A stretch of DNA of 32,000 nt from positions 120,001-152,000 of the forward strand of contig NZ_FNLK01000005.1 in NCBI RefSeq assembly GCF_900105015.1. Reading direction: 5' to 3'. The position numbers and the translations under genes were made by a program. Source of the DNA: Schaalia meyeri (lineage in GTDB: Bacteria > Actinomycetota > Actinomycetes > Actinomycetales > Actinomycetaceae). Below, piece by piece: positions 1 through 8,359 of the stretch. How positions within the stretch are numbered: the first letter of the stretch is position 1; each line of letters begins with the position of its first letter. A model generated the notes under the pieces. That model had not been told where the DNA came from. It saw only the letters and a list, made by a program, of their open reading frames with translations, and made no database searches.

Positions 1-725
1 TGATCGTCATGATTAGGCGGGACCGTATTTCCTCGCCGCTTGACGGACTCGTCTACGCGGGCTTTTCCGCGGCGGGCTTCCTGGTTGTCGAGGACTTCGG
101 CTACTTTGTCGGTGCCGTGTACGACGGGCGCTTCGCTCAAACATTCTTCGTTCGTGTTTTCATGGGTGTTTTTGGGCATGTGATGTACACGACGTGTACG
201 GGTTGGGCAATCGGGTGGGCTGTCACGCGAACGCGGTCAGTGGGCGCCGGCATCGGCGCGGTACTCGTGGCCTACCTAATTGCCGTCTCGCTTCACGGCC
301 TGTGGAATGGGTCGGCTGCCATCGCCCGGTCGGAGGAGATGTTCTACGTCATCTATGTATTTGTGCACGTGCCGCTGTTTTGCTGCTGGCTCTGTTTCGT
401 CGCCACAACTATGCGCCGCGAGAGACGTGATATTGCGGCCGGCCTCATTCCATACCTCAATCAGGGGTGGGTTTTGGCCGGTGAGGTTCAGATGGTCTGC
501 GATCCCGCATTTCGCAGGAACGCGCTGAGGTGGGTATCGGGCGGCGGTGCCCCGGCGAAGAAAGCGATGAAGAATTTTATGTACGCGCTCGCATCCCTGG
601 GTCTGGACCAGGTGGTGATGAATGTGTGCGGCGCGGAACAACGGCGAATCGAATCGACGCGGGACAAGCTTCAGGAGGCGACCCGGGATCGTCAGGTGTT
701 CTTGACGCTCATGGGGGTGGGCTGA
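1..725 (+). CDS. PrsW-family intramembrane protease, C-terminal part (5' end lies upstream of the window)
   Basis: The frame is open to the window edge with no in-frame stop from nt 3. The product is mostly hydrophobic helices. Motifs VVEDFGYF, FGHVMYT and SLHGLWNG resemble the acidic and His motifs I associate with PrsW-type membrane proteases. Family call is from memory, not searched. Confidence 0.65.
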   Translation, partial: IVMIRRDRISSPLDGLVYAGFSAAGFLVVEDFGYFVGAVYDGRFAQTFFVRVFMGVFGHVMYTTCTGWAIGWAVTRTRSVGAGIGAVLVAYLIAVSLHGLWNGSAAIARSEEMFYVIYVFVHVPLFCCWLCFVATTMRRERRDIAAGLIPYLNQGWVLAGEVQMVCDPAFRRNALRWVSGGGAPAKKAMKNFMYALASLGLDQVVMNVCGAEQRRIESTRDKLQEATRDRQVFLTLMGVG

Positions 726-777
726 CCAGGGTGCTGCTCGGCTGGGGCATGCGCCGCAGCCAGGCTACCCTGGGAGC

Positions 778-1302
778 ATGAGCGCACTCGACTGGCCCTT
801 GGATGCGGATGGCTATCCCCATCGAGAGGCCGCCCGCGTCCTCCTCTTTGATGACGCTGGTCGTGTCCTCCTGGCGAAGGGTCATGACGAAGATCAACCC
901 GACAGATACTGGTGGTTCACGATCGGCGGCGGTATCGAAGACGGCGAGCATCCGCGCAGTGCAGCTGTACGCGAGGTGTTCGAAGAAACGGGGTTACAAC
1001 TGGAGTCGCACGACCTCATCGGACCCGTCCTCTATCGGACAGCGGAGTTTGACTTCCTGGCCGTCACGGCACGCCAAGACGAGTGGTTTTTCATCGCGCA
1101 CGCGCCGTCGACCGCGCTAAGCAGGGACGGGTGGACGAAGCTCGAACGCTCCGTCATCGACACCCAGCGATGGTGGGATATCGACGAGGCCGCAGCGACG
1201 ATCGACGGCGAACTATACCCCGCTCGCATCCTCGAATACGCGCGTAGGTGGCGCGAGGGGTGGGATGGTCAGATGATCTGCCTGACCGACCGCGAACCCT
1301 AG
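778..1302 (+). CDS. NUDIX hydrolase
   Basis: A clear Nudix box G-x5-E-x7-REVxEETG is seen as GGGIEDGEHPRSAAVREVFEETGL. ATG start at 778. Substrate cannot be inferred. Confidence 0.85.
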   Translation: MSALDWPLDADGYPHREAARVLLFDDAGRVLLAKGHDEDQPDRYWWFTIGGGIEDGEHPRSAAVREVFEETGLQLESHDLIGPVLYRTAEFDFLAVTARQDEWFFIAHAPSTALSRDGWTKLERSVIDTQRWWDIDEAAATIDGELYPARILEYARRWREGWDGQMICLTDREP

Positions 1303-2009
1303 CGCTGCGCCTGCTGTTCCTCGCACAGGCCTAGCGGTGCGATCACGAGGGATAGGTCAGGTACGTTCACCTGCACTGCCACCTGATCGCGTACCGTCGG
1401 CTTCGCGCAGAAAGCGATGCCGAGCCCGGCCTCGCGCATCATGGGAACGTCGTTTGCCCCGTCGCCGATGGCGACCGTTCGCTCCATGGGGATACCCAGG
1501 GAAGCGGACCACGAGCGCAAACACTCGACCTTGACCTGGGCGGTGACGATGCGCCCGAGCACGCGACCGGTCAGCATCCCGTCGCGTACCTCAAGGCGGT
1601 TGGCGGCGTAGTAATCGACCCCGAGGGAGGCGGCCAGGGGAGCGACCACCTCCTCGAAACCTCCCGAGACGACCCCGAACCTTCCGCCGACACGATGCAC
1701 CGCATCAATGAGTTCTTTTGCGCCGCGTGTCGGCGTGATCGAGGCAAGGACCTCGAAGAACACGGAGCGGTCAACCCCCGCGAGAGTCGCGACCCGCTCC
1801 CGCAGCGACTGCGCGAAATCGAGCTCGCCATTCATGGCGCGCGCGGTGATCGCCGCAACCTGGGCTCGCGTTCCCGCCGCCTGGGCGAGCTCCTCAATGA
1901 CCTCCTGGGAGATCAACGTCGAATCGACGTCAGTGACGACGAGGCCGGGCGCGGCTTCGCGAAAAATGCGAGGCACACCCGGCCGGTCGATAAGGTGAGT
2001 GGGACTCAC
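1299..2009 (-). CDS. serB: phosphoserine phosphatase, single-domain HAD type (SerB-like)
   Basis: HAD motif I is [16 protein letters not shown], and the C-terminal motif is [31 protein letters not shown] cap segment typical of SerB is present. The GTG start overlaps the glgC stop (GTGA on the minus strand at 2009..2006). Confidence 0.82.
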   Translation of the reverse strand: MSPTHLIDRPGVPRIFREAAPGLVVTDVDSTLISQEVIEELAQAAGTRAQVAAITARAMNGELDFAQSLRERVATLAGVDRSVFFEVLASITPTRGAKELIDAVHRVGGRFGVVSGGFEEVVAPLAASLGVDYYAANRLEVRDGMLTGRVLGRIVTAQVKVECLRSWSASLGIPMERTVAIGDGANDVPMMREAGLGIAFCAKPTVRDQVAVQVNVPDLSLVIAPLGLCEEQQAQR

Positions 2010-3244
2010 TTGCGAACGACCGTCCCCTTAGGGACAACCGTGATACCAGACTCGGTCACTGTAAAGCCGCGCTCGCGGTCATGTTCAAGATCAACACCCA
2101 CGATGGCGCCTTCCTCGACGATCACGTTCTTGTCGAGAATCGTTTTGACGACCTGCGACGAGCGTCCCACTCGCGTTCCGTTCATAATGACGGAATCGCT
2201 CACCTGTGCCCACGAGTGGACATGGGTATTCGGGGACACCACCGAGCGGGAGACCTCGCCACCGGAGATGATCACGCCGGGCGATACGAAAGAGTCGATT
2301 GCGTGACCGAGACGAGAGTTCCGATCGCCGTACACGAACTTCGCCGGAGGCAACGATCCGTCGATCATCGTCATGGTCGGCCAGTTCCGGTTGTAGAGGT
2401 TGAACACCGGGTGCACCGAGATCAGATCCATGTTCGCCTCGTAGTAGGCGTCCAGCGTGCCGACGTCGCGCCAGTAATCGCGGTCGCGCGGGGTCGAACC
2501 CGGCACGTCGTTATCCTGGAAGTCGTAGACGCCGCACTCTCCTCGGTTAACGAACCAGGGGATGACGTTCCCGCCCATGTCGTGCTTCGAATCCGGATCC
2601 TTCGCGTCCTCGCGCAGTGCATTGACAAGGTCCCTCGTGGTGAACACGTAGTTGCCCATTGACGCCAGCACCTTCGTCGGATCGTTCGCAAGCCCCTGGA
2701 CGTTCTTGGGTTTCTCGAGGAAGTTCTTGACCACGCCGCCTTGTGCGTCGATGACGCCCAGGGCGGGGGCCAGCTCGATCGGTTGACGGATACCCGCGAC
2801 CGTTGCAGGCAGGCCCGAATCGATGTGATGCTGGACCATCTGCGAAAAATCCATGCGGTAGATGTTGTCCGCGCCGATGATAACGATGTATTCGGGCTGC
2901 TCGTCATCGACGATGTTCAGTGACTGGTAGATGGCGTCCGCGCTGCCCAGGTACCAGTGCGGCCCGCGGCGCTGCTGGGCGGGAACGGGGGCGATGAAGT
3001 CGCCTAACAGGGGGGACGTGTACCACGTCTTGGTGACGTGGCGGTCGAGCGAGTGGGACTTGTACTGCGTCAAAACGACGATCTTGAGGTATCCGGAATT
3101 GACGATATTTGACAAGGCGAAATCGATCAGGCGGAAGTGACCCCCGAACGGAACGGCCGGCTTTGCGCGGTCCGCCGTCAATGGCATCAGTCGCTTCCCC
3201 TCACCGCCCGCAAGAACGATTGCCAAAACGTGGTTCTTTGCCAT
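2006..3244 (-). CDS. glgC: glucose-1-phosphate adenylyltransferase
   Basis: The N-terminus [23 protein letters not shown] carries the NTP-transferase G-rich loop. [11 protein letters not shown] and [11 protein letters not shown] are present, with a C-terminal left-handed beta-helix region. ATG at 3244 was chosen over the ORF-track start 3304 because it gives the canonical N-terminus. Confidence 0.95.
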   Translation of the reverse strand: MAKNHVLAIVLAGGEGKRLMPLTADRAKPAVPFGGHFRLIDFALSNIVNSGYLKIVVLTQYKSHSLDRHVTKTWYTSPLLGDFIAPVPAQQRRGPHWYLGSADAIYQSLNIVDDEQPEYIVIIGADNIYRMDFSQMVQHHIDSGLPATVAGIRQPIELAPALGVIDAQGGVVKNFLEKPKNVQGLANDPTKVLASMGNYVFTTRDLVNALREDAKDPDSKHDMGGNVIPWFVNRGECGVYDFQDNDVPGSTPRDRDYWRDVGTLDAYYEANMDLISVHPVFNLYNRNWPTMTMIDGSLPPAKFVYGDRNSRLGHAIDSFVSPGVIISGGEVSRSVVSPNTHVHSWAQVSDSVIMNGTRVGRSSQVVKTILDKNVIVEEGAIVGVDLEHDRERGFTVTESGITVVPKGTVVRK

Positions 3245-3414
3245 GCGACACCTCTTCGTTGGTCGTGGGGACCTGCAACGGTGCAGGCCCGTGGGTGTTG
3301 TCACACTGTATTACAAATGTCTATCAATTGCTAGATTGTCTCGTTTTGGATTGGAACGACGCGATATCAGATACGATGTGTCATACGCGTCGCTACTGTC
3401 GGAAGGACCACATC
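3245..3414. promoter_or_regulatory. divergent glgC / glgA promoter region
   Basis: This 170-bp gap between divergent genes is the most AT-rich stretch of the window. A candidate extended -10 TGcTAGATT lies at 3329-3337 on the + strand, with TTACAA at 3311-3316. A 6-bp palindrome CCTGCA-acgg-TGCAGG lies at 3272-3287. Promoter elements are guesses from consensus only. Confidence 0.45.
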
Positions 3415-4638
3415 ATGCGCGTCGATCTGCTTACCCGCGAATATCCGCCTCACGTTTACGGCGGAGCTGGTGTCCACGTCCTCGAACTGGCCAAGGTCCT
3501 GCGCGGACTGGTTGACGACCTGCGGGTGCAGGCATTCGACGGTCCGCGCGAACCCGGTACGGATGGGGCGGGGCCGGGTGTCACCGGACATTCGGATCTG
3601 CCGCAGCTGTCCGGAGCGAATCCCGCCCTGCGCACCCTCGGTGTCGATTTGGAGATCGCCGCGGCCTGCGACGGGGCGGATCTGGTTCACTCCCACACGT
3701 GGTACGCGAACTTCGCGGGCCATGTGGCCTCGCTGATGGGCGATATTCCGCATGTCGTTTCCGCCCACTCGCTGGAGCCGCTGCGCCCGTGGAAGGCGGA
3801 ACAGCTCGGCGGCGGATACCGGCTGTCGTCTTACGTCGAGAAGACCGCCTGCGAGGCTGCTGACGCCATCGTCGCGGTCTCTAACGGGATGCGCGATGAC
3901 ATCCTGCGCTGCTATCCGGCGGTTGATCCGCAGCGCGTCCACGTCATTCACAACGGTATCGACCTAAACAAGTGGCACGCGCCCGTGGGAGATGCGGGGG
4001 ATGAACTGCGCTCCGGCGTGCTCGCCCAGCACGGAATCGATCCCACGAGGCGCACGGTTGTGTTCGTTGGACGCATCACCCGTCAAAAGGGCCTGCCGTA
4101 TTTCCTTCGCGCCGCACGGCTCCTGCCGGACGATGTTCAGTTGGTGCTGTGCGCCGGCGCCCCCGATACACCCGAGATCGCGGCAGAAGTAGAGGGCCTC
4201 GTCGCGGCGCTTCGCGCACGACGTTCGGGTGTCGTGCTGATCTCTCAGATGCTCCCGCAGCCGGAAGTTGCCGCGATCCTGTCCGCGGCACAGGTCTTTA
4301 TCACTCCCTCGGTGTACGAGCCTCTCGGTATCGTGAACCTTGAGGCGATGGCACTCGGGCTGCCCGTGGTAGGTACCGCCACCGGCGGTATCCCCGATGT
4401 CATCGTCGACGGTGAGACGGGGTACCTGGTTCCCATCGAGCAGATGCAGGGCGGAACGGGAACCCCGCTCGATCCGGGCGCATTCGAAGAGGCGATGGCC
4501 GATCGATTGATCCGTGTGCTTGACGATCCCGAGCGGGGGCGTCGCATGGGTGAGGCGGGCCTCGCGCGCGCGCGCGAGCAATTTTCGTGGGAGGCAATTG
4601 GTGTCAGGACGGCCGAGCTTTACCGTTCGCTCGTTTAG
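3415..4638 (+). CDS. glgA: GT4 glycogen synthase / alpha-maltose-1-phosphate synthase family (actinobacterial GlgA/GlgM type)
   Basis: The N-terminus MRVDLLTREYPPHVYGGAGVHV and AHSLEPLRPWKAEQLGGGY closely match what I recall of the mycobacterial Rv1212c-type enzyme. A C-terminal GT-B motif EPLGIVNLEAMALGLPVV is present. ATG 3415 was chosen; the 102 codons upstream in the ORF track are Arg/Pro-rich junk that overlaps glgC. Confidence 0.92.
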   Translation: MRVDLLTREYPPHVYGGAGVHVLELAKVLRGLVDDLRVQAFDGPREPGTDGAGPGVTGHSDLPQLSGANPALRTLGVDLEIAAACDGADLVHSHTWYANFAGHVASLMGDIPHVVSAHSLEPLRPWKAEQLGGGYRLSSYVEKTACEAADAIVAVSNGMRDDILRCYPAVDPQRVHVIHNGIDLNKWHAPVGDAGDELRSGVLAQHGIDPTRRTVVFVGRITRQKGLPYFLRAARLLPDDVQLVLCAGAPDTPEIAAEVEGLVAALRARRSGVVLISQMLPQPEVAAILSAAQVFITPSVYEPLGIVNLEAMALGLPVVGTATGGIPDVIVDGETGYLVPIEQMQGGTGTPLDPGAFEEAMADRLIRVLDDPERGRRMGEAGLARAREQFSWEAIGVRTAELYRSLV

Positions 4639-4674
4639 GGCGCGCGTCACGGGCAAGACGACTAGGCTTGGCAC

Positions 4675-5463
4675 ATGACGTACGTCCTGAATCTCTCTCA
4701 CGTGTCCGTCCAACGAGGGGGCACTCAGGTGCTTTCCGACGTCTCCTGGGCGACGCGTCCGCGTCAGCATTGGGTCATCGTTGGCCCCAACGGCGCGGGC
4801 AAAACCACGCTTGCGCGCGTCGCGTCGGGGCGGGTGGCGCCCGATGCCGGGGAGGTCACCCTTTCACACACGAATCTTCGCAACGCCGATCCGGCTGAGG
4901 TAGCGACCCGCGTGGGATTGGCGTCGGCCGCCGTTGGCGCAAAGATCGTCCCGACGCAGTCGGTTCTGGACACCGTCCGCAGCGCTGCCTGGGGTCTGGC
5001 CATCGCCCACGACGAAGAATACGAGCAGGTCGACGATCACCGCTCCAGGGTGCTCATGGAAATCTTCGGGGTGGATCACCTGGCGCAGCGCGAGTTCGCG
5101 ACCCTCTCCGAAGGGGAAACCCAGCGAGTACTGCTCGCACGCGCTCTCATGACTGACCCCGAGGTTTTGATCCTTGACGAACCCACGTCGGGCCTTGACC
5201 TCGGTGCGCGCGAGCTCCTCATCGGCGCACTGGCGGAGATCATGGCGGGTTCCAAGTCCCCGCAGACCGTCCTGGTTACCCATCAAATCGAGGAGATCCC
5301 AGCGGGCGTCACGCACTGCGCAATCATGTCGGGGGGAGTCATCACTCACCAAGGACCCATCGAGGATGTCCTCACCGGCGTCAACCTGTCCGAGGTCTAC
5401 GGCATCCCGTTGCTCGTCGGGCACTCGAACGGGCGCTGGTGGGCTCGCGGGGTCACCGAGTAA
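4675..5463 (+). CDS. ABC-type ATPase, stand-alone (no permease or binding protein adjacent)
   Basis: Walker A is GPNGAGKTT, the ABC signature is LSEGETQRVLLARAL, Walker B is ILDEPTSGLD, and the H-loop is VTHQ. Confidence 0.85.
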   Translation: MTYVLNLSHVSVQRGGTQVLSDVSWATRPRQHWVIVGPNGAGKTTLARVASGRVAPDAGEVTLSHTNLRNADPAEVATRVGLASAAVGAKIVPTQSVLDTVRSAAWGLAIAHDEEYEQVDDHRSRVLMEIFGVDHLAQREFATLSEGETQRVLLARALMTDPEVLILDEPTSGLDLGARELLIGALAEIMAGSKSPQTVLVTHQIEEIPAGVTHCAIMSGGVITHQGPIEDVLTGVNLSEVYGIPLLVGHSNGRWWARGVTE

Positions 5464-5478
5464 GAAAGAAGGAAAGCG

Positions 5479-5961
5479 ATGAGTGTCTGGTGGCTATGGA
5501 TCCTCGGTGCTGCGCTGTGCGGCATCGTCGAGGTGGTCAGCGTCAGTTTCGTGTTCCTGATGTTTGCGATCGGGGCGTTGGCTGCTGGAATTGCCGCGGT
5601 GCTCGGGGCGAGCATTCCCGTCCAGGTGGTCGTCTTCGTCGTCGTCTCTGTTGCTCTTCTCGCCGTCCTTCGCCCCTTCTTGAAGGGACGCATCGATCGG
5701 TCGGGGAGCGACGTGCGCACGAATACGGACGCCCTCGTCGGAAAGAGCGCCTACGTGACCGAAACCGTGGGGGAGCGCCACGGCAGGATCCAGTTCTCGG
5801 GTGGCGAATGGAGCGCGCGCACGGAGGGCCCGACGCTCGCGGTTGGCGCGCAGGTGCGTGTGGATCGGATCGACGGCGCCACTGCCATCGTCAGCGCCCT
5901 CGGTTCGTCGGCTCCAACGCCGGGGAATCCGTACGCTGGTCCGGCGGCGTCAGGCGAATAA
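5479..5961 (+). CDS. NfeD-family membrane protein (short form, C-terminal OB fold)
   Basis: The N-terminus has hydrophobic helices. The soluble tail GKSAYVTETVGERHGRIQFSGGEWSARTEGPTLAVGAQVRVDRIDGATAIV fits the NfeD OB-domain pattern. It sits immediately upstream of an SPFH gene, which is the classic pairing. RBS is GAAGGAAAG. Confidence 0.8.
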   Translation: MSVWWLWILGAALCGIVEVVSVSFVFLMFAIGALAAGIAAVLGASIPVQVVVFVVVSVALLAVLRPFLKGRIDRSGSDVRTNTDALVGKSAYVTETVGERHGRIQFSGGEWSARTEGPTLAVGAQVRVDRIDGATAIVSALGSSAPTPGNPYAGPAASGE

Positions 5962-5991
5962 TCGGTCAATTTCAACAGAAAGGAAAGTGAT

Positions 5992-6951
5992 GTGAACATG
6001 AGTGCTATCATCGGAAACGTAGCGCTGCTGGTCGTTATGGCCCTTGTCATATTTGTTGTCGTTGCGCTCGCGCGCGCGGTGCGGATCGTCCCACAGTCCC
6101 AGGCCTACGTGGTGGAACGACTGGGACGATTCCAGGCTGTCATGCAGGGTGGTTTCCACATCTTGGTTCCTTTTGTGGACCGTGTCGCTGCGCGCGTTGA
6201 CCTGCGTGAGCAGGTTGCGAACTTTCCGCCTCAGCCGGTGATCACGGCGGATCAGGCGATGGTATCGATCGATTCGGTGATCTATTTCCAGATCACAGAT
6301 CCTCGCAGCGCAACGTACGAGGTCGCCAACTTTTTGCAGGCGATTGAACAGCTCACGGCAACGACCCTGCGTAATCTGATTGGGTCGCTCGATCTGGAAC
6401 AGACGCAGACCTCGCGCGAGTCTATCAACAAGCAGCTGCGCGGTGTGCTTGACGAGGCCACGGGTCCCTGGGGGATTCGCGTGACGCGCGTCGAACTCAA
6501 GTCGATTGAGCCGCCGCCGCGCGTGTTGGCTGCCATGGAACAGCAGATCACCGCGGAGCGCACCAAGCGTGCCACGATCCTGACAGCCGAGGCCGAGCGT
6601 GAGTCTCAGATCAAGAAGGCCGAGGGTGCTAAGCAGGCGGCGGTGCTGGCCGCGTCCGCCCAGCAGGAAGCACAGATTCTTCAGGCCAGGGGCCAGAAGG
6701 AGGCTCTGATCTTGCAGGCTGAGGGCTCTCGGCAGGCGCAGATCCTGCGTGCGCAGGGCGAGTCCGAGGCGATCGCGACGGTGTTTGCGGCGATCAACGC
6801 GGGTAACGCCACGCCCGAGCTGCTGTCCTACAAGTACCTCGAAATCCTGCCCAAGATCGCCGAGGGACAGGCATCCAAGCTGTGGATGCTTCCCTCCGAT
6901 CTGACCGGCGCACTGGAGTCCATCTCGAAGGGTTTTAACCCGGGTAAGTGA
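5992..6951 (+). CDS. SPFH / band-7 (stomatin-like) membrane protein
   Basis: An N-terminal TM helix is followed by IVPQSQAYVVERLGRF and SIDSVIYFQITDP (SPFH core), then an Ala/Gln/Glu-rich coiled-coil tail. Start is uncertain between GTG 5992 and ATG 5998. Confidence 0.9.
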   Translation: MNMSAIIGNVALLVVMALVIFVVVALARAVRIVPQSQAYVVERLGRFQAVMQGGFHILVPFVDRVAARVDLREQVANFPPQPVITADQAMVSIDSVIYFQITDPRSATYEVANFLQAIEQLTATTLRNLIGSLDLEQTQTSRESINKQLRGVLDEATGPWGIRVTRVELKSIEPPPRVLAAMEQQITAERTKRATILTAEAERESQIKKAEGAKQAAVLAASAQQEAQILQARGQKEALILQAEGSRQAQILRAQGESEAIATVFAAINAGNATPELLSYKYLEILPKIAEGQASKLWMLPSDLTGALESISKGFNPGK

Positions 6952-6962
6952 CTTTCAACGTG

Positions 6963-7000
6963 GCGGACTGACCGCGACCGGCGGTTGGTCCGCCCGTTTA
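6963..7000 (+). terminator. possible intrinsic terminator after the SPFH gene
   Basis: Imperfect GC-rich hairpin GCGGACtgACCG...CGGTtgGTCCGC (6+4 bp with an internal 2x2 mismatch) at 6963-6993. It is followed by CCGTTTAT, which is only a weak T tract. Confidence 0.35.
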
Positions 7001-7018
7001 TCCGGCGGGAGGATGCTG

Positions 7019-8359
7019 GTGGATTCGCATCAGGAATACGTGCTGCGTGAGGTCGCGCAGAAGAACATTCGTTTCATCAGGCTGTGGTTCACGGACGTTG
7101 CGGGCGTCTTGAAGTCGATTTCGATTGATCCGGGCGAGCTCGAGGACGCATTTTGCGAGGGGATCGGCTTTGACGGTTCTGCCGTCCAGGGCCTGACCCG
7201 CGTGTTTGAATCCGACATGCTGCTCAAGCCGGATGCCTCAACGTTCCAGCTGCTTCCGTGGTGTACGAATGAGGATCCCGTCGCCCGTATGTTCTGCGAC
7301 GTCCTGATGCCCGATGGGCGTCCGGCTCCCTCCGATCCCCGCGGCGTCCTCGAGCGCGCGGTCGAGCGGGCAGCGGATGCGGGCTTTAGGGTCATGATTC
7401 ACCCGGAGATTGAGTTCTACCTCCTGCGCCAGCCCGTGACGCCCGAGCGTATGGTGCCCGTCGACCAGGCGGGATACTTCGATCACGTCGCGCGCGGAGA
7501 CTCCAATGATTTCAGGCGTCGTGCCGTGCGCATGCTGGAGGACATGGCGATCCCCGTCGAGTTCTCTCACCACGAGGGCGGTCCCGGACAAAATGAGATC
7601 GACCTGCGCGCGGTGGATCCCGTGCGCGCAGCGGACAATATCATGACCGCGCGTACCGTCATCGAAGAGGTTGCGCTGCGCGAGGATCTGGTGGCGACGT
7701 TCATGCCGAAACCGTTCATTGAACATCCCGGTTCCGGCATGCACACGCACCTGTCTCTTTTCGAGGGGCAGGAGAACGCGTTCTTTTCTCCGTCGGGCCA
7801 GTACCGACTGTCGCCGATGGGCAGGCGGTTCATCGCCGGTCTCTTGGCCCATGCCGAGGAGATCGCGGCGATCACAAATCAGCACGTAAACTCCTACAAG
7901 CGCCTGTGGGGCGGGGGAGAGGCGCCGTCCTACGTGTGCTGGGGACACCTGAACCGTTCGGCTCTGGTGAGAGTTCCCCTGTACAAGCCAAAGAAGAGCG
8001 CATCTGCGCGCATCGAATATCGGGCACCCGACCCGAGCGCGAACCCCTACCTGGCCTTTGCGGTACTGATTGCCGCCGGGTTGGATGGGATCGCGCACAA
8101 GATGGAGCTGATGCCGCAGGCTGAGGACAACGTCTGGGACCTGTCGGACAGGGAGCGACAGGTGATGGGGATTCGCGCGTTGCCCGCGTCTTTGTCGGAC
8201 GCGGTTCGAGCGATGAAGAGTTCCGATCTGGTGGCCTCCACGCTTGGCGAGCAGGTGTTCGACTACGTGATCCGCAATAAGCGCAAGGAATGGACCGAGT
8301 ATCGCCAGCAGATTACCCGCCAGGAGATCGAACAGTTCCTGAAGGTCGTTCCCCGGTGA
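7019..8359 (+). CDS. glnA: glutamine synthetase, type I, GlnA2-like
   Basis: Contains RLWFTDVAGVLKS, HHEGGPGQNEID, GSGMHTHLSLF and NSYKRL. GTG 7019 is preferred over ATG 7013 for two reasons. GGGAGG at 7007-7012 sits 6 nt upstream of it. The resulting (M)DSHQEYVLR mirrors the GlnA2 N-terminus as I recall it. Confidence 0.92.
   Translation: MDSHQEYVLREVAQKNIRFIRLWFTDVAGVLKSISIDPGELEDAFCEGIGFDGSAVQGLTRVFESDMLLKPDASTFQLLPWCTNEDPVARMFCDVLMPDGRPAPSDPRGVLERAVERAADAGFRVMIHPEIEFYLLRQPVTPERMVPVDQAGYFDHVARGDSNDFRRRAVRMLEDMAIPVEFSHHEGGPGQNEIDLRAVDPVRAADNIMTARTVIEEVALREDLVATFMPKPFIEHPGSGMHTHLSLFEGQENAFFSPSGQYRLSPMGRRFIAGLLAHAEEIAAITNQHVNSYKRLWGGGEAPSYVCWGHLNRSALVRVPLYKPKKSASARIEYRAPDPSANPYLAFAVLIAAGLDGIAHKMELMPQAEDNVWDLSDRERQVMGIRALPASLSDAVRAMKSSDLVASTLGEQVFDYVIRNKRKEWTEYRQQITRQEIEQFLKVVPR

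Noticed and set aside
1299-1302. CTAG shared by the stop codons of the convergent NUDIX (TAG) and serB (TAG on the minus strand) genes.
   Set aside because: This is a neat overlap but a trivial consequence of a palindromic tetranucleotide, and no functional implication can be supported.
2586-2594. TTCGAATCC, a tRNA T-loop-like string. A similar GGTTCGAGCCC lies near 13562.
   Set aside because: Both lie inside well-supported coding sequences (glgC, yebC). I could find no flanking acceptor or anticodon stems, so no tRNA is called in this window.
3109-3414. N-terminal extensions suggested by the ORF track for glgA (3109), glgC (3304), secF (19828), the MBL hydrolase (25008), hisS (26218), GTPase 2 (29217) and SixA-like (12114).
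   Set aside because: The extensions overlap neighbouring genes or the promoter region and translate to low-complexity Arg/Pro/Ser sequence. Internal starts give canonical N-termini and/or have an RBS or a start/stop overlap.
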